Positions 33,954 through 48,735 of a DNA stretch of 64,000 nt are shown in pieces; the first letter of the stretch is position 1, and the number at the start of each line of letters is the position of its first letter. Made by a program: the position numbers and the translations under genes. The notes beneath the pieces were generated by a model that was not told the DNA's origin, ran no database searches, and was given only the letters and a program-made list of their open reading frames with translations. Location: positions 4,224,001-4,288,000 of the forward strand of contig CM000151.3 of NCBI GenBank assembly GCA_000004695.1, in the 5' to 3' direction. The DNA is from Dictyostelium discoideum. Its lineage: Eukaryota.

Positions 33954-35675
33954 AAAATTTGAATCATTTGGTGAAGTTGATAAATCTAAAGAATCACCTA
34001 ATGAACTATTTGAAGATGATGATGATTTAATTGGTCTTGAATTAATAGCACTACTATTTGATCTACTATTTGGACTTATACTACCACTACCACTATTACT
34101 GCTGCCACTACCACTACCACTACTACTACTACCACTTGATTTATGAAAAATTTTAATTGCATAAGAATTCATTTTCTTACCATTATTATCAATTACACCC
34201 ATTTGAATTCTTTTTATTGATGTAAGATTAAACTGTTTAAAATGAACGATTTTATTCTCATTAAAATTATATTTACATCTAACTAAATGAGAAGGTGTTA
34301 AGAGTAAGATACGTTCTTGTTCTTGATTACGTTTATTGATTGAAATAACGATCCAAGCATTAATGAAACCTTCACCAAGTGTTGATGACTCTTTTGAACG
34401 TAAGAAATGATCTACACAATTGTTTATGGCATCCATACGAGATTCACCCCAATCATATTCATTTTGAATGGAACGAAAGTTTTGAGCACTTTTATAGGTG
34501 TCAACAGTGGTCAAACCCAAGAAAAGGTCAATTGAAACTTGTCTAATTTTATCCAAGAAATTGTTGATGTAATAACGAGTCAACGAGTTTACACCATCTC
34601 GGAAAACACCTTTTGTATTTCTTTTACCAGTACGAGTGTAATCACCCTTCAAAGCTTGAGTACCAGCATATTGGAATGAAATTGCATCACCATTATTTGC
34701 CCATGCCAATTTAATCGATCGAGTTCCAGGCAATGATTGATCTTTAATTCTCCACTCGAAACCCAATCGTTTCAATTGTCTCTCCAATACTGATACACCA
34801 ATCATTGATTGTACCAAATTGGTACGATCTAAACAATCCAAACAATTGGTACGAGTTAAACCATGTTGATGTTGAGTGTAGCCTTGTTCTGAATTTCTCT
34901 CTGTATATCCAATATGTTGATGAATATTCTCCTCCAATTGATCGATCAAAATATCAACACGATCAAATCTATTACCTTGACAAAAATGGTGGAAATCGAA
35001 TGGAACGAAATCAATCTCTCGATAACCGCTTGTAACTGCCATCATTCTATACGCTTCACCCAATTCTGCTTCTGATCCTTTTTGATCTAATAATGTCACT
35101 AGCACTTGTGGTCCTGGTCCATACAATTTAATTTGTTCATCGAAATGAGCACGAAATGAATTTGAATTCAATTGATTATCTTGGGTAATCTTTATCTCTG
35201 GTTTAATCTTTCTACCAGTTTGTTCCCATATCAATGGTATACTACCTCTAGTTTGTACAAATGAAAATGTTGTCTTCTTTCCACTAGTTGGATCTTGATG
35301 TGATATAATTTGTTCTGTCTCTACATAATTTGCAACATTTCCATTATGATCTGATCCTCTTGTATTATATCTTGTACCCGCTCTAAATTTACTCCTTCTT
35401 GATATTAATAAAAATTCAATATCATTTCTTTCAATAAAAAAGTTTATAATTTCAACATCTTTTTAAAAAAATAATAATTAGTATTTACTATTAATCTATA
35501 ATAAATAAATTAATTCATAATAAAAATAATAATAATACATACAACCTCTAATCAATGGTAATACCCAATTATAAAAACCACCTTGAATTAAATTAGTTTG
35601 TAAATGTTTATTCCAATAAAATCTACTATTGAATACTTCAAAAAGATGATAAATTGTTTCTTGTGATTCTGTTAA

Positions 35676-35708
<33 letters not shown>

Positions 35709-36491
35709 CGTTGTTGTTGTGTTTTCTTCATTTACATTTGTGTTGTTGTTTGTTTGTTTATTATGATGATTTTTAAAATGATTTTCAATATTATCAGAAA
35801 TATTATAATCAAAACAATAATAAAAGTTTGATTTTAATAAATTCTTTAAAGATTTTTTATAGGTTGATTCCATTTTACGATCATGTTCAGATAAATCGGT
35901 TGGATTATTACTAATGAGGATTAAATTACAATTTTCAATACGATAAATATATTTTCCACCAAAACTACCAATTAATTGTTTGCCAGTTATAACTATTAAA
36001 TATGGTCCTGATAATAAATTAATAATACCAACTATACCATACGCTAAAATAGATTGTTGATGTAAACTACTACTACTACTACCACTACCACTACCACTAC
36101 CACTACCACTACCACTACCACTACCACTACCACTACCACTACCACTACCACTACCACTACCACTACCTTCTTTACTATTATTTAAACCATTATTCAATTC
36201 TTTATGATTAAAACTATTAATATTGCTACTACTATTACTTCTTATACTAAAATCTACACTACTATTTAATGATACTTCACCATTACTACTATGATGATGA
36301 TGATGATGACCACTACTCTTCTTTTTAAAATCACTACTATTATTTATTAAATATTCGGTTGAATAATATTGTGATGTTATTTTAAATGTTGATCTATCAA
36401 TTACCAATGATTCAATATTTGAGTTTGTAGATGTATTAACTGAATTTGCTGGTTTAACTACGATTTTATCTTTTAATTGATAAATTGACAT
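33363..36491 (-). CDS. SAC-domain phosphoinositide phosphatase of about 1015 aa, Sac2/INPP5F-like with an hSac2-type region after the SAC domain, join(35543..36491, 33363..35458) on the minus strand
   Basis: ATG at 36489-36491. The SAC N-lobe has AYGIVGIINLLSGPYLIVITGKQLIGSFGGKYIYRIENCNLILIS and FYWNKHLQTNLIQGGFYNWVLPLIRG. A GTATGT donor at 35542 (phase 1) pairs with an AAAAAG acceptor at 35459, giving an 84-nt intron. The splice yields LPLIRGYVEIINFFIERNDIEFLLISRRSKFRAGTRYNTRGSDHNGNVANYVETEQII, which is collinear with Sac1. The catalytic CX5R(T/S) motif RTNCLDCLDRTN and IKLAWANNGDAISFQYAGT are present. A Ser/Thr/Asn-rich C-terminal extension follows. Confidence 0.85.
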
Positions 36492-36530
36492 AACCCTATA
36501 TAATTCTAAATAATATATGTATGAATTTTA

Positions 36531-36651
<121 letters not shown>

Positions 36652-36664
36652 GAAATAAATAATT

Positions 36665-36899
36665 TTAAAAATATAAATTTATTTTTATGTTTAACATACC
36701 ATGATATTTAACTTTAAAATCGAATTTTTGAGAAGATTTTAGACCACCACTACCACTCATACTTGCTCTAGTATTTCCATCCATTGAAAAACTACCTCCA
36801 AAATTAATATTACCACTACTACCATTGCTAAAGTGTAAATCGCTCATATCTTCAAATGTTGAAAATTCATTACTTACTTCATCTCCACCATTATTTATA

Positions 36900-36965
<66 letters not shown>

Positions 36966-36978
36966 CCATTTAAAAATA

Positions 36979-37060
<82 letters not shown>

Positions 37061-37272
37061 CATTTCAAATTCAAATAAATTTGAGCCACCATTATTACTA
37101 CTATTACTATCAGTTTGTAAATCTGATGTTAAACGATCAGTACTTCCCATTTTATTATTAAAAACTTTTAATAAATTTGAACTATCAGATGGTGGATATG
37201 ATGACATAACTTTACTTGATCCAAAAATTGAAACTGTTGGTTTAATACCCTCATCTTCATATGTTGTATATA

Positions 37273-37312
<40 letters not shown>

Positions 37313-37957
37313 ATTATTATTACTATTATTATTATCTATTTTTTTATTTGTTTCATTTTCATTTTCACTTTCACTATCCGAATAAATTGTTTGGGATGGT
37401 GAGAGTGGTGGTGAATTTAAGTGTAATTTATTGGATATATCACTATCTACATCGTTATTTTTATCCTTATTTTCATTATCGTCTTCATCAATATCTTCAC
37501 CTTCTTCATCATTATCATCATCATCATCTTCTTCTTCTTCTTCTTCTTCTTCATAATCATCATTTAATTGTGAATTTAAGGTTGAAGGAGGTGGTGGATG
37601 TTGAATATATACAATATTTTCTTTTGCGATTGTCAATGTTGACCTATTATTAATTTTATTTCTAATTTTAATATCATTATTGATTTGTTCTTCTTCGTTA
37701 ATATCATCATCTTCCTCCTCTTCTTCTTCTTCTTCCTCTTCCTCCTCTTCCTCTTCTTCCTCCTCATCTTCTTCATCTTCATCTTCATCTTCTTGTTTAT
37801 ATGTTTTTGGAGGGAGTGGAGGAGGAGGTGATGAAGGAGGAAAATCATTTATTGTTGGTGGTGATGTTGATTCTGTAATCCTTCTATTACCAATTGTAAT
37901 AGATGGTCTTGGATTTCCTCCAAAATTTGCACTAGATGAAAGTTTGAATGAACTCAT
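36665..37957 (-). CDS. Acidic low-complexity protein of 430 aa with poly-E/D, poly-N and a Pro-rich N-terminus, function unknown
   Basis: ATG at 37955-37957. A continuous ORF ends at TAA 36665. It consists almost entirely of (GAA)n, (GAT)n and (AAT)n coding repeats. The stop is followed by a GTATGT that could splice in-frame into the SAC gene ATG (see findings). Confidence 0.5.
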
Positions 37958-38905
37958 CTTTTATTATAGTTTCTTGCTCTATAAATAGTGTTTAAATATT
38001 TTTATTTTTATTTTTTTTTTTTTTTTTTTCTATTTTTAAATTTTATATTTTTCCAAAGTACGTGTGAGTGTTTAAATTGATTGATTCAAAAATTGTGTAA
38101 CACCACTTTTTTTTTTTTTTTTTTATCGAGATTTATGCTTTATTATTACTATTATTTTTTTATTATTATTATTATAATTATTATAATTTTTTATATTGTT
38201 GTACGTAAACAAAAAAACAAAAAAAAAAAAAAAAAAAAAGACTTGTTTTTTTAGCTCATCCAAAAATAATATTGGGTCTTTTTAAAGAATCTAGTGTGCA
38301 ATAAACAAAAAAAACGTGCAAAAATTTTTTTATTTTGAATTTTCAACCATTTAAAAAAATATAAAAAAAAAATAAAAAATAAAAAAAAAAAATTCATATC
38401 CAGTGGTTTTCATTCTTCATAATTTAAAAAAAATCTTCTTTTTTGTCTTTTTTTTTTTTTTTTAGTAAAAGAAATAAAAATAATAAATATATAAAACTAA
38501 ACACATAAATAAAAAATAAATGTAAAAAATAATTATTAATAATGTATAAATAAGATTGGAAAAAATATAAATATATTTATATTTTTAACTTAAAACCTTC
38601 ATCAATATATTTTTCTCTCGAACTCGCTCTCTCACAAAAAGAAGATACATCTTAAATCTATTTTAATAAAAAGAAAAAAAAAAATTTAAACTTTTTTTAT
38701 TCCATTTTTTCAAGCCAAAAAAAAATAAAAAAAAATAAAAAAAAATAAAAAAAAAAACAAATTTAAAAAAAGATTTTTTAAAAACTAAAAATAGTTTATC
38801 TAATAGAAAAAAAAAAAAAAAAAAAAAAAACAGAATTAATGAATTACTTTTGTTAAGAAAAGTAAAGATAAAAAAATTTCCTTAATTAACATGTAATTTG
38901 TCTTC

Positions 38906-38938
<33 letters not shown>

Positions 38939-39102
38939 TTTTTTTAGATTTTTTTTAAATTTAATTTTTTTTATTTTTATTTTTAATTTTTTTTTTTTTA
39001 TTTTTAATTTTTTTTAAATTTAATTTTTTTTATTTTTATTTTTAATTTTTTAGTTTTTTTTTTTCATTTTTTTTTTTTAGGGGTCGACACCAACACAAAT
39101 TG

Positions 39103-40506
<1,404 letters not shown>

Positions 40507-40541
40507 AATAATAATAATAATAAAAAAAATAATAATTAGTA

Positions 40542-40603
<62 letters not shown>

Positions 40604-40715
40604 GATATACCTATTTATATTTACATGTCACATTATAGTCTATAATAAAAAAATAATAATAAAAAATAATAATAAAAAGTAATAATATTAATAATAATTT
40701 AATATAAGGTGGTGG

Positions 40716-40755
<40 letters not shown>

Positions 40756-40801
40756 TTTATTTATTTGTTTTATTTATTTTCATTTTAAAAAATTATTATT
40801 A

Positions 40802-42628
40802 TTAATTCGTGCAATGATGAAGATCATCAGCATATGACTCATCATTTATTTCAGTAATATTATTAATTTCATCACTTTCAATGATATCTTGTGTATCAAT
40901 TTCTACTACATTTTCACCATTACTATTATTAATATTATTACTATTATTGTCATTTGTATTATTATTATTATTATTATTAATAATTGAATTAATATTGTCA
41001 ATTAAATGATGATCATTATTATTATTATTATTTTGATGATTTTGATTATTATTTTGATGACTTATAAAACTTTCATTACTATTTACATTTGAGGTATTTG
41101 CGCTACTTATACCACTACCACCACCATCAGAACTTGCACCATCACCACCACCATTATTATTATTATGATTTAAGGTTGAAATTTTATTACAATTATTATT
41201 GTTTTTTTCAAAATTTTTATAATAATTATTATTATTAATAATATCAATGTCCGTACTTGCACCACCAACACCACCATTATTAGTAATATTTTGAAATGTA
41301 TTATTATTATTATTATTAACAATATTTAAATCATTTTCTAGAGTTGTTTCATTCTCTAAATATTCACTTTCAATTGTATCCATATCGATTGAATCCAATG
41401 TTTTTGAAGGTGTATTAAATGAATTTGTTTTTTTATTTGTTTTTGATTGTTTTTCAGCATCACCATTCTTTACAAATGAACCTTCTTTTGGTTTCATAAT
41501 AAATAATAATTCAATTACTAAAAACATTTCCATTGAATGCACAACTGCTAATAATGCAAGATTACCTTCTGGTTTTTTTGATAATCCTAAAAAAAAGAAT
41601 AATGAAGGCGGTATAATTGATGTAAATAAACTAACTGAAACTGCAACTGTAATAAAACATAACTATTTAGAAAAAAAAAAAATAATAATTATTAATATTA
41701 TTATATTTATTATTATTATTATTATAATAAATATATTATTTACTTTTCTTAAAGTTGATTTCTTTTTTCTTTTATCTTCAGGGATTAATTTAATTTTTTT
41801 AATTAATAATGAACCATAAGTTGCAAAACCAACTAAACATAAAACAATAGAAATTATAACATAAAGATTGTATGCTGTATAGAAACCTGTATTATTTTTA
41901 GTTGAATCAATATTTCCCAATATTACTCGAAATATTTCAAATAATAACCAAATTGAATTTGCAATAATAAAAATTGGTTTAGTTTTATCAATTGCTTTTC
42001 TACTTGCATGGGGTGATAATTTAATTGCTATTGAATGATATGTATGAGCCCAATATAATAATAATATTTCATATGATGTAAATAAAACATAAATTGGTAA
42101 ATTATACATAACTTCTTCACCTAATGGTGATATTAAATTACTTCTTCCAAATGGATCAAATGCAAAATATAATACTCTTACTATTATTATAAAAAAAAAA
42201 AAATTAATATGTTTATTTATATAATTATTATTATTGTTATTGTTATTTAAAAACTTACAAATTAAAAATATTAATACAACAATATGATTTATTGCTTTAA
42301 GTTTGTGTACAAGTTTATCAGTTTTCCAAAATTTAAATGATCTGTAACTTTGAATTAATGTAATTATAAAAAGTAGTGACATTACGGCAAAGAAAACATC
42401 AATGAATGCGAAATAACTACTACCTAATACATCTTCATAATGAAGTTCACATTGATTACCAACATAATAACGATTACATTTACAAATATTATTAATACAA
42501 ATACCATTACTACTACAATCAAATATTGATGTTCCATTACAATAGCCCACTGATAATTCATTAATATTATCAAAACTACCACCACCAACACCAACATCAC
42601 CAGTATTAAATGTTGTGTTTGTAGTCAT
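40802..42628 (-). CDS. EGF-like-domain seven-transmembrane protein of about 581 aa with a long N-rich cytoplasmic tail, join(41744..42628, 40802..41662) on the minus strand
   Basis: The true ATG is at 42626-42628; the ORF-track start at 42634 is TTG. The N-terminal EGF-like Cys pattern is CNGTSIFDCSSNGICINNICKCNRYYVGNQCE. Six TM helices lie in exon 1. A GTAAAT donor at 41743 (phase 0) pairs with a CTAAATAG acceptor at 41663, giving an 81-nt intron. Exon 2 opens with the seventh TM (LCFITVAVSVSLFTSIIPPSLFFFLGL) and continues into a low-complexity tail. Confidence 0.7.
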
Positions 42629-43603
42629 TTTCAAATTTTATTTATTTATTTATTGAAAAATAATGTTTTAAAAAATAAATAATTATAATGATTTTATTTT
42701 TTTATTTATTTTATTTTTTTTTTTAATTAATTTTTTTTTTTAAACATATATTTAATTATATTTTAATATTTTTTTTAAATATTTTAATTTTTTCTCTCTT
42801 TTTCTTATTAATCAGTATGTTAAGTTTTATTTTTTTTTAATTGATATTTTAGATATTGAATTGCTTTTTCGTTTTTATATATATATGTATAAAAATAAAA
42901 AAAATATAATTTTATCTTTGTTGGTTTTAATGAATCATTTATTATTATTATTTTTAATATTTTTTACTTTTTTTTGTTTTTTTATAATTTTTATATATTT
43001 ATTAATTATTAATATTATTATTATTATTATTAATTATTTATTATTTATAATTTTTATTTTTATTTTTATTTTTATTTTTATTTTTTTTTTAATGTTATTA
43101 TTATTTTTTTTTTTTTTTTTTTCCTCAACTGTAAGTAGTTTTTTGTTTTTTTTTTGTTGTTGTTGTTGCAACACTATTCAACTAGTTGTGTTGTATATAA
43201 TATTATTATAAAATTAATTAAATAAAATATATTAGTGGTTAAAAATAAATCTTTCCTATTCAAGCCAACAAAAAAGAATAATTAATAACAACATAACCAA
43301 AATCTAATATTATATCATAATTTAAATTTTGATAATCACTCAGCTTAAAAGCCAACGGACACATACTGTCACTCACACACTCACACTAAATTTATTTTTT
43401 ATTTTCTCACCAACCACACATTTCTCTCACACACTCTATTTAACACACTGGCACAACATATGCACCCCCTCTCGCTCAATATATCATATTAACCACACTT
43501 AATAATTTTTTTTTTTTGTTATTATATATATATATATAAAGTGGGTGTTAGTGGGTGTTATTTTTATATTTACCCAAATAAAATTTATTTATTTCATTTT
43601 CAT

Positions 43604-43648
<45 letters not shown>

Positions 43649-43927
43649 AAACAAAAACAAATATAAAAAATGAGTGAGATTTTCTCATTTTTATTCTTTT
43701 ATTCTTTTATTCTTTTTTTTTTTTTTTTTTTTTAATTTTATTTCTAAATTCAATTTTATCATTTCATTTCTATTTTTATCTTTTTTTAAAAATGATTAAA
43801 AATTAAAAACAACAATATTTGAAGATTATCCAATTAAAAATAATAATAATAAAAATTTCATTTGAAATGATGATTAATTGATTATTTTAAATTTAAATAA
43901 CAGCCAAGATTTTAATATATTTTTTTT

Positions 43928-43973
<46 letters not shown>

Positions 43974-44032
43974 ATTATTTAAAAAATAAAATAAGATAAT
44001 CCAATTAATAATAAAAAAATGATTTCACATTT

Positions 44033-45330
44033 TTAAAAAAGTTTTTGAACAATTAGTAAAAATACCAATAAACATACTGGAGCTGATAAAGTTGATGATA
44101 TTGATAGGTCATTATTTGGAGATTCAGTTGGAGATGAGAGTGGTGATGCACTTGGTGATGCACTTGGTGAGGAACTTGGTGATTCACTTGGCGAAGAACT
44201 TGGTGAGGAACTTGGTGAGGAACTTGGAGAAGGTGAAACATATTGAATATATGAGACTTTTGAAGTGGTAGTGGATCCACCAATATTTAATGTTAAGATA
44301 TAATCATTACCAATTTTATTTGGTGGATATGTAATTGTGAATTTTGAATCTGCGATTGAAGAAACTGAACATAAAATATCATTTATACTAACTGATACTA
44401 ATGAAACATTATTTGTGATGAATGAGCCTTCAATATCAATTGAACCAACAATTGAATATAAAATTAAAGTCTTTTGATTAATTTTAATATATGAGAAATA
44501 ATAAAATTTCATTTCATTTGAATTTTGGTTACCAACAATAACATCAAAATCAAAATTCGAACCAGTAAGAGAGAAAAAGTAATTACCATTATCATTCAAA
44601 AAGGAATAAGATACTTTCCAATTTGGAATGATTTTGTAATTTGTGCATTTTTACCAACACCTTGAGGAGTAAAGAATGAAAATTCTGAATTAGGAATAGA
44701 CATATCTAAATCATTAACTGACCAACCTAGGTTTCTACCTGTTAAAATAAGGACTCTTCCCTCAGTTGGGAACAATTTTGTATAATTTTCAACACTTGAT
44801 TCAAACCAAACTAAAAGATATTGTATAAATATATACATTTTTTAAACTTGCTGGTAAAACAGTCGTATTTGGAACATTATTACTAAGTTGTTGTAAATTC
44901 CTATAATAATTTAGATTTTTTATTAAAAAATTAATATTAACATATAAAAAATAACCAAATTGTTGTTGTTGTTGTTGTTATTGTTATTTATGTAATTTAT
45001 AAAAAAATATTTACAAATTTTGTAATTTTTCAAATTTATACATTGATTAATAAAATGGTAAATTAAAACCAATATTTTTGCCTAAATTTATATTTGTTAA
45101 ATTTGGTAATTTGTATGAATTTGGTTCGGAATATAAATTTAATGAGGTAATAACTTGATAATTTGTTTTACGATCCACAATACATATAACGTAAGAAGAG
45201 TCACATGGATTGGAATCCTTACTAATACCATAATGAATATAACAAATCTGAAGCTAAAGATTTTTGAGTTGGTTCAACTTCACATAAATAAAAAAAATGG
45301 AAAAAATAATACTAAATATTTTCATTTTAT
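44033..45330 (-). pseudogene. Degenerate paralog (copy A) of the downstream GPI-anchored surface-protein gene. It has multiple frameshifts and an internal deletion of about 1.26 kb relative to copy B.
   Basis: The signal-peptide exon MKIFSIIL... at 45330 is frameshifted relative to copy B at 48446. Its ORFs 44596..44838 and 44033..44599 sit in different frames but align to copy B (VENYTKLF..GRNLGWSV..MSIPNSEFSF..QGVGKNAQITKSFQ and FITNN.S..SVSINDILCSV..KFTITYPPNKIG.DYILTLNIGGSTTT..S/P-rich..GPI tail). DNA at 44700-44920 aligns to B 46540-46625 joined directly to B 47885-48010. Confidence 0.6.
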
Positions 45331-45652
45331 TATTATTATAAGTATTATTTTTTATTTAAAAATAAAATAAAAAATAATTTTTTTTTTTAAAGAATTTTTC
45401 TTTTTTTTTTTTTTTATTTTTTTTAATTTATTTATTTATTTAATTTTTAAATTATTTAATTATTTATTTGTTTTTTGTATGTTTATTTGTTGCTTGTTTG
45501 TTTGTTTGTTTTTTTTTTTAAAAATTATTATTTTTGTTTGTGAAGGATAAAAATTTAATAATTTCATTTATATTTTAAATTTAATAAATAATTATTTAAA
45601 AAATAAAATTTAGATAATCCAATAAAAAAAAAAAAAAGATTTAATATTTTAT

Positions 45653-47166
45653 TTAAAAAGTTTGAAAAATAAGTAAAAATACCAATAAACATACTGGAAC
45701 TGATAAAGTTGATGATATTGATAGGTGATTATTTGGAGATTCAGTTGCAGATTCAGTGGGAGATGAGCTTGGTGATTCACTTGGTGGTTCACTTGGTGAT
45801 GCACTTGGTGATGCACTTGGTGAAGAGCTTGGTGAAGAGCTTGATGAAGAACTTGGAGAAGGTGTAACATATTGAATATATGAGACTTGGGTAGTGGTAG
45901 TGGATCCACCAATATTTAATGTTAAGATATAATCTTCACCAATTTTATTTGGTGGATATGTAATTGTGAATTTTGAATCAGGGAATGTTGAACTGAACAT
46001 AAAATATCATTTATACTAACTGAAATAAATGAAAAATTATTTGTGATGAATGAGCCTTCAATATCAATTGAACCACCAATTGAATTTAAAATTAAAGTCT
46101 TTTGATTAATTTTAATATATGAGAAATAATAAAATTTCATTTCATTTGAATTTTGGTTACCAACAATAACTGAAACAGTAAATTCACCATTAGTTGCTAT
46201 TGTTGGAAAGTCAATCATAGGATATTTAATAATATGATTATTATCACCACTAATCTCTGCCTTTCCAAATTTATAAGGTGAACCATTGATAATCACAGTA
46301 TTGTTTGAATTAACATCGAAATCAAAATTTGAACCAATGAGAGAGAAAAAGCTATTTCCCTTATCATTCAAAAAGGAATACGATTTAATTGTTGGTGGAA
46401 GATAGCCATATTGGAATTGGTATGTTTTACCATTTTGGAATGATTTAGTAATTTGTGCATTTTTACCAACACCTTGAGGAATGTAGAATGAAAATTCTGA
46501 ATTTGGAATAGACATGTCCAAACCATCTACTGACCAACCTAGGTTTTTGCCTGTAAAAATAAGGACTCCACTACCATCAGTTGTGAATAATTTTGTATAA
46601 TCTTCATTAACTTCAAAATCTGAACAATTTGGCTTACTTGAGGAATCGAAATTTGAGAATGGATTTGGATGCAAATTTTGAGCATTACCATAACCAATGC
46701 AAAGAACACATTATGGTACTGTTCCATCTAATTTATTATTACTCAAGTGCAATTTTAATTTACAATATGACTCTGGAATATCACCAATAACCTAATAATA
46801 ATAATAATAATTAAAATTAAAAGAATTTAATTTTATAAAAAAAAAAAGTGAACCAACAAAATTTACTTACTAATGAACTATCTATGGAAAGATAGGTTAG
46901 ATAAGGAGCATCGTCAATATTTGGTAATGTTTGCTCGAAACGATTATTAGTAATTTGTAATGATGATAAATTTCCTAAACTAATCTTTTCAAATGGATGT
47001 GAAGAATTAGCTGTAAGATATTCTGTTTTAAAGGGAAAAAAAAACATGGTCCATTACATTGTTCAAACGATAAACCATAATCATAACGCATGGTACTTGT
47101 ATAAAATAAATGTGATATAAAAATAAATATAAATAAATAATTTTGTTGTAAATTTTGTACAACAAC

Positions 47167-47263
<97 letters not shown>

Positions 47264-48446
47264 CTACAATAATAATAGCAACTTACAATTTTAAAGGGTT
47301 AAAAACATTAATATGATAAATCTGTAAAGCCAATAGATGGATCATGGATAAAACCTTGTCCTTCAATTGTTAATATTTCAAGCATTGGTGTGTTTAATAA
47401 TATTTGTTTTAAAACATTTCAATTTCCAATACAGGTATTTTCCAAAAAATAATGACTGTTTATCTTACGTTGATTGTGTTTAATAATATTTTACTAAATG
47501 AAATACCTTGTGGTTTAGTGGTAGGAATAAAAGTAAGATAAAAAGCTATTATTTTTTGGAAAATACCTGTATTGGAAATTGAAATGTTTTGGTAACCGAC
47601 TTCCATGCCATTATATATATCCAAGCTCAAGTATTCTAAATTTGGGCACATTTCACTAATGTTTAATGGAATATTTGAATTATCTAATTTAAAACAAATA
47701 TTATTAAACACACCAATGCTTGAAATATTAACAATTGAAGGACAAGGTTTTATCCATGATCCATCTATTGGCTTTACAGATTTATCTAATTGGAAGTCCA
47801 AGTTCTCTCAAAAAAAATTCTTTTTAGTAAATTGTTGTGGTAGACTAAAACCAACAGATGGAAAAATCACTTTAAAAATTACAATACTTGATTCAAACCA
47901 AACTTTACCTAGTGGTACAGATATTGCACTGATAAACACATATTTCAAACTTGTTGGTAAAACCATATTATATGGAACGCTATTATTAAGTTGTAGTAAA
48001 AACCTGTAATAATTTGGATTTTATATTAAAATTAATTTAAAGAATAAAAAAATTGTTGTTATTTTTGTAATTTATAATATAATATTTACAAATTTTCTAA
48101 TTTTTCAAATTTATACATCGATTCATAAAATGGTATGGTAAAACCAATATTTTTGGCTATACTTAAATCTGTTAAAAAATGGTAATTTGTATAAATCTTG
48201 ATGTATTTCATAATATGAATTTGGTGGAATAATAAAATCCAATTCTGTAACAACTTCATAATTTTTTGAAGGTTCATAAACCCATTCAATGTAATAAGTG
48301 TTGCATGGATTAGAATCCTTGCTAATACCATATAATGAATATAACACATCTGAAACTATAGATTTTTGAATTGGATCAACTTCACATTGAACTAAATTTA
48401 AAATATAAATTAAAAAAATAGATAAAATGATACTAAATATTTTCAT
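45653..48446 (-). CDS. GPI-anchored cell-surface glycoprotein gene (copy B). It has a signal peptide, LRR-like segments, an Ig/IPT-like region and a Ser/Pro-rich stalk. It is multi-exon, with at least one apparent frameshift, so it may itself be a pseudogene.
   Basis: ATG at 48444-48446 with signal MKIFSIILSIFLIYILNLVQC. LRR-like ORFs lie at 47460..47801 and 46817..47047. A GTAAGT donor near 47285 is followed by an intronic (CAA)n tract at 47161-47270. ORF 45922..46674 is Ig/IPT-like, and 45653..46000 contains TITYPPNKIG, the S/P stalk (SPSASPSASPSEPPSESPSSSP) and the hydrophobic GPI tail LSVPVCLLVFLLIFQTF. At about 45985 there is a 1-nt deficit relative to copy A (tcagggaatgttgaactgaac versus tctgcgattgaagaaactgaac), which shifts the frame between the last two ORFs. 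Confidence 0.45.
47311..47790. repeat. Inverted repeat inside the copy-B gene. Arm 1 (47311..47456) is the reverse complement of arm 2 (47561..47790) except for a ~100-nt segment present only in arm 2. The spacer is about 100 nt.
   Basis: Direct comparison shows that the reverse complement of 47311-47456 equals 47561-47603 joined to 47703-47790. For example, caaaacatttcaatttccaatacaggtattttccaaaaaata pairs with tattttttggaaaatacctgtattggaaattgaaatgtttt, and aatctgtaaagccaatagatggatcatggataaaaccttgtcc pairs with ggacaaggttttatccatgatccatctattggctttacagatt. Confidence 0.85.
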
Positions 48447-48481
48447 TTTATTATTATTATTATTTTTATTATTATTATTAA

Positions 48482-48548
<67 letters not shown>

Positions 48549-48704
48549 TATAATTTAAAATAAATTTTTTTTTTTTTTATATAAATAAAAGTAAAAAAAA
48601 AAGGAAAAGAAAAAAAAAAAAAAGGAAAAGAAAAACAAAAAAAATCATTTCACAATTAAATCAAAAAAAAAAACACCTCAAAGAACAATTTTTCTTTTTT
48701 TTCC

Positions 48705-48735
<31 letters not shown>

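Noticed and set aside
47605-48009. 134-aa plus-strand ORF inside the copy-B gene
   Set aside because: It lies in arm 2 of the inverted repeat and reads as protein only because the repeat unit is LRR-like on both strands. The gene context is on the minus strand.
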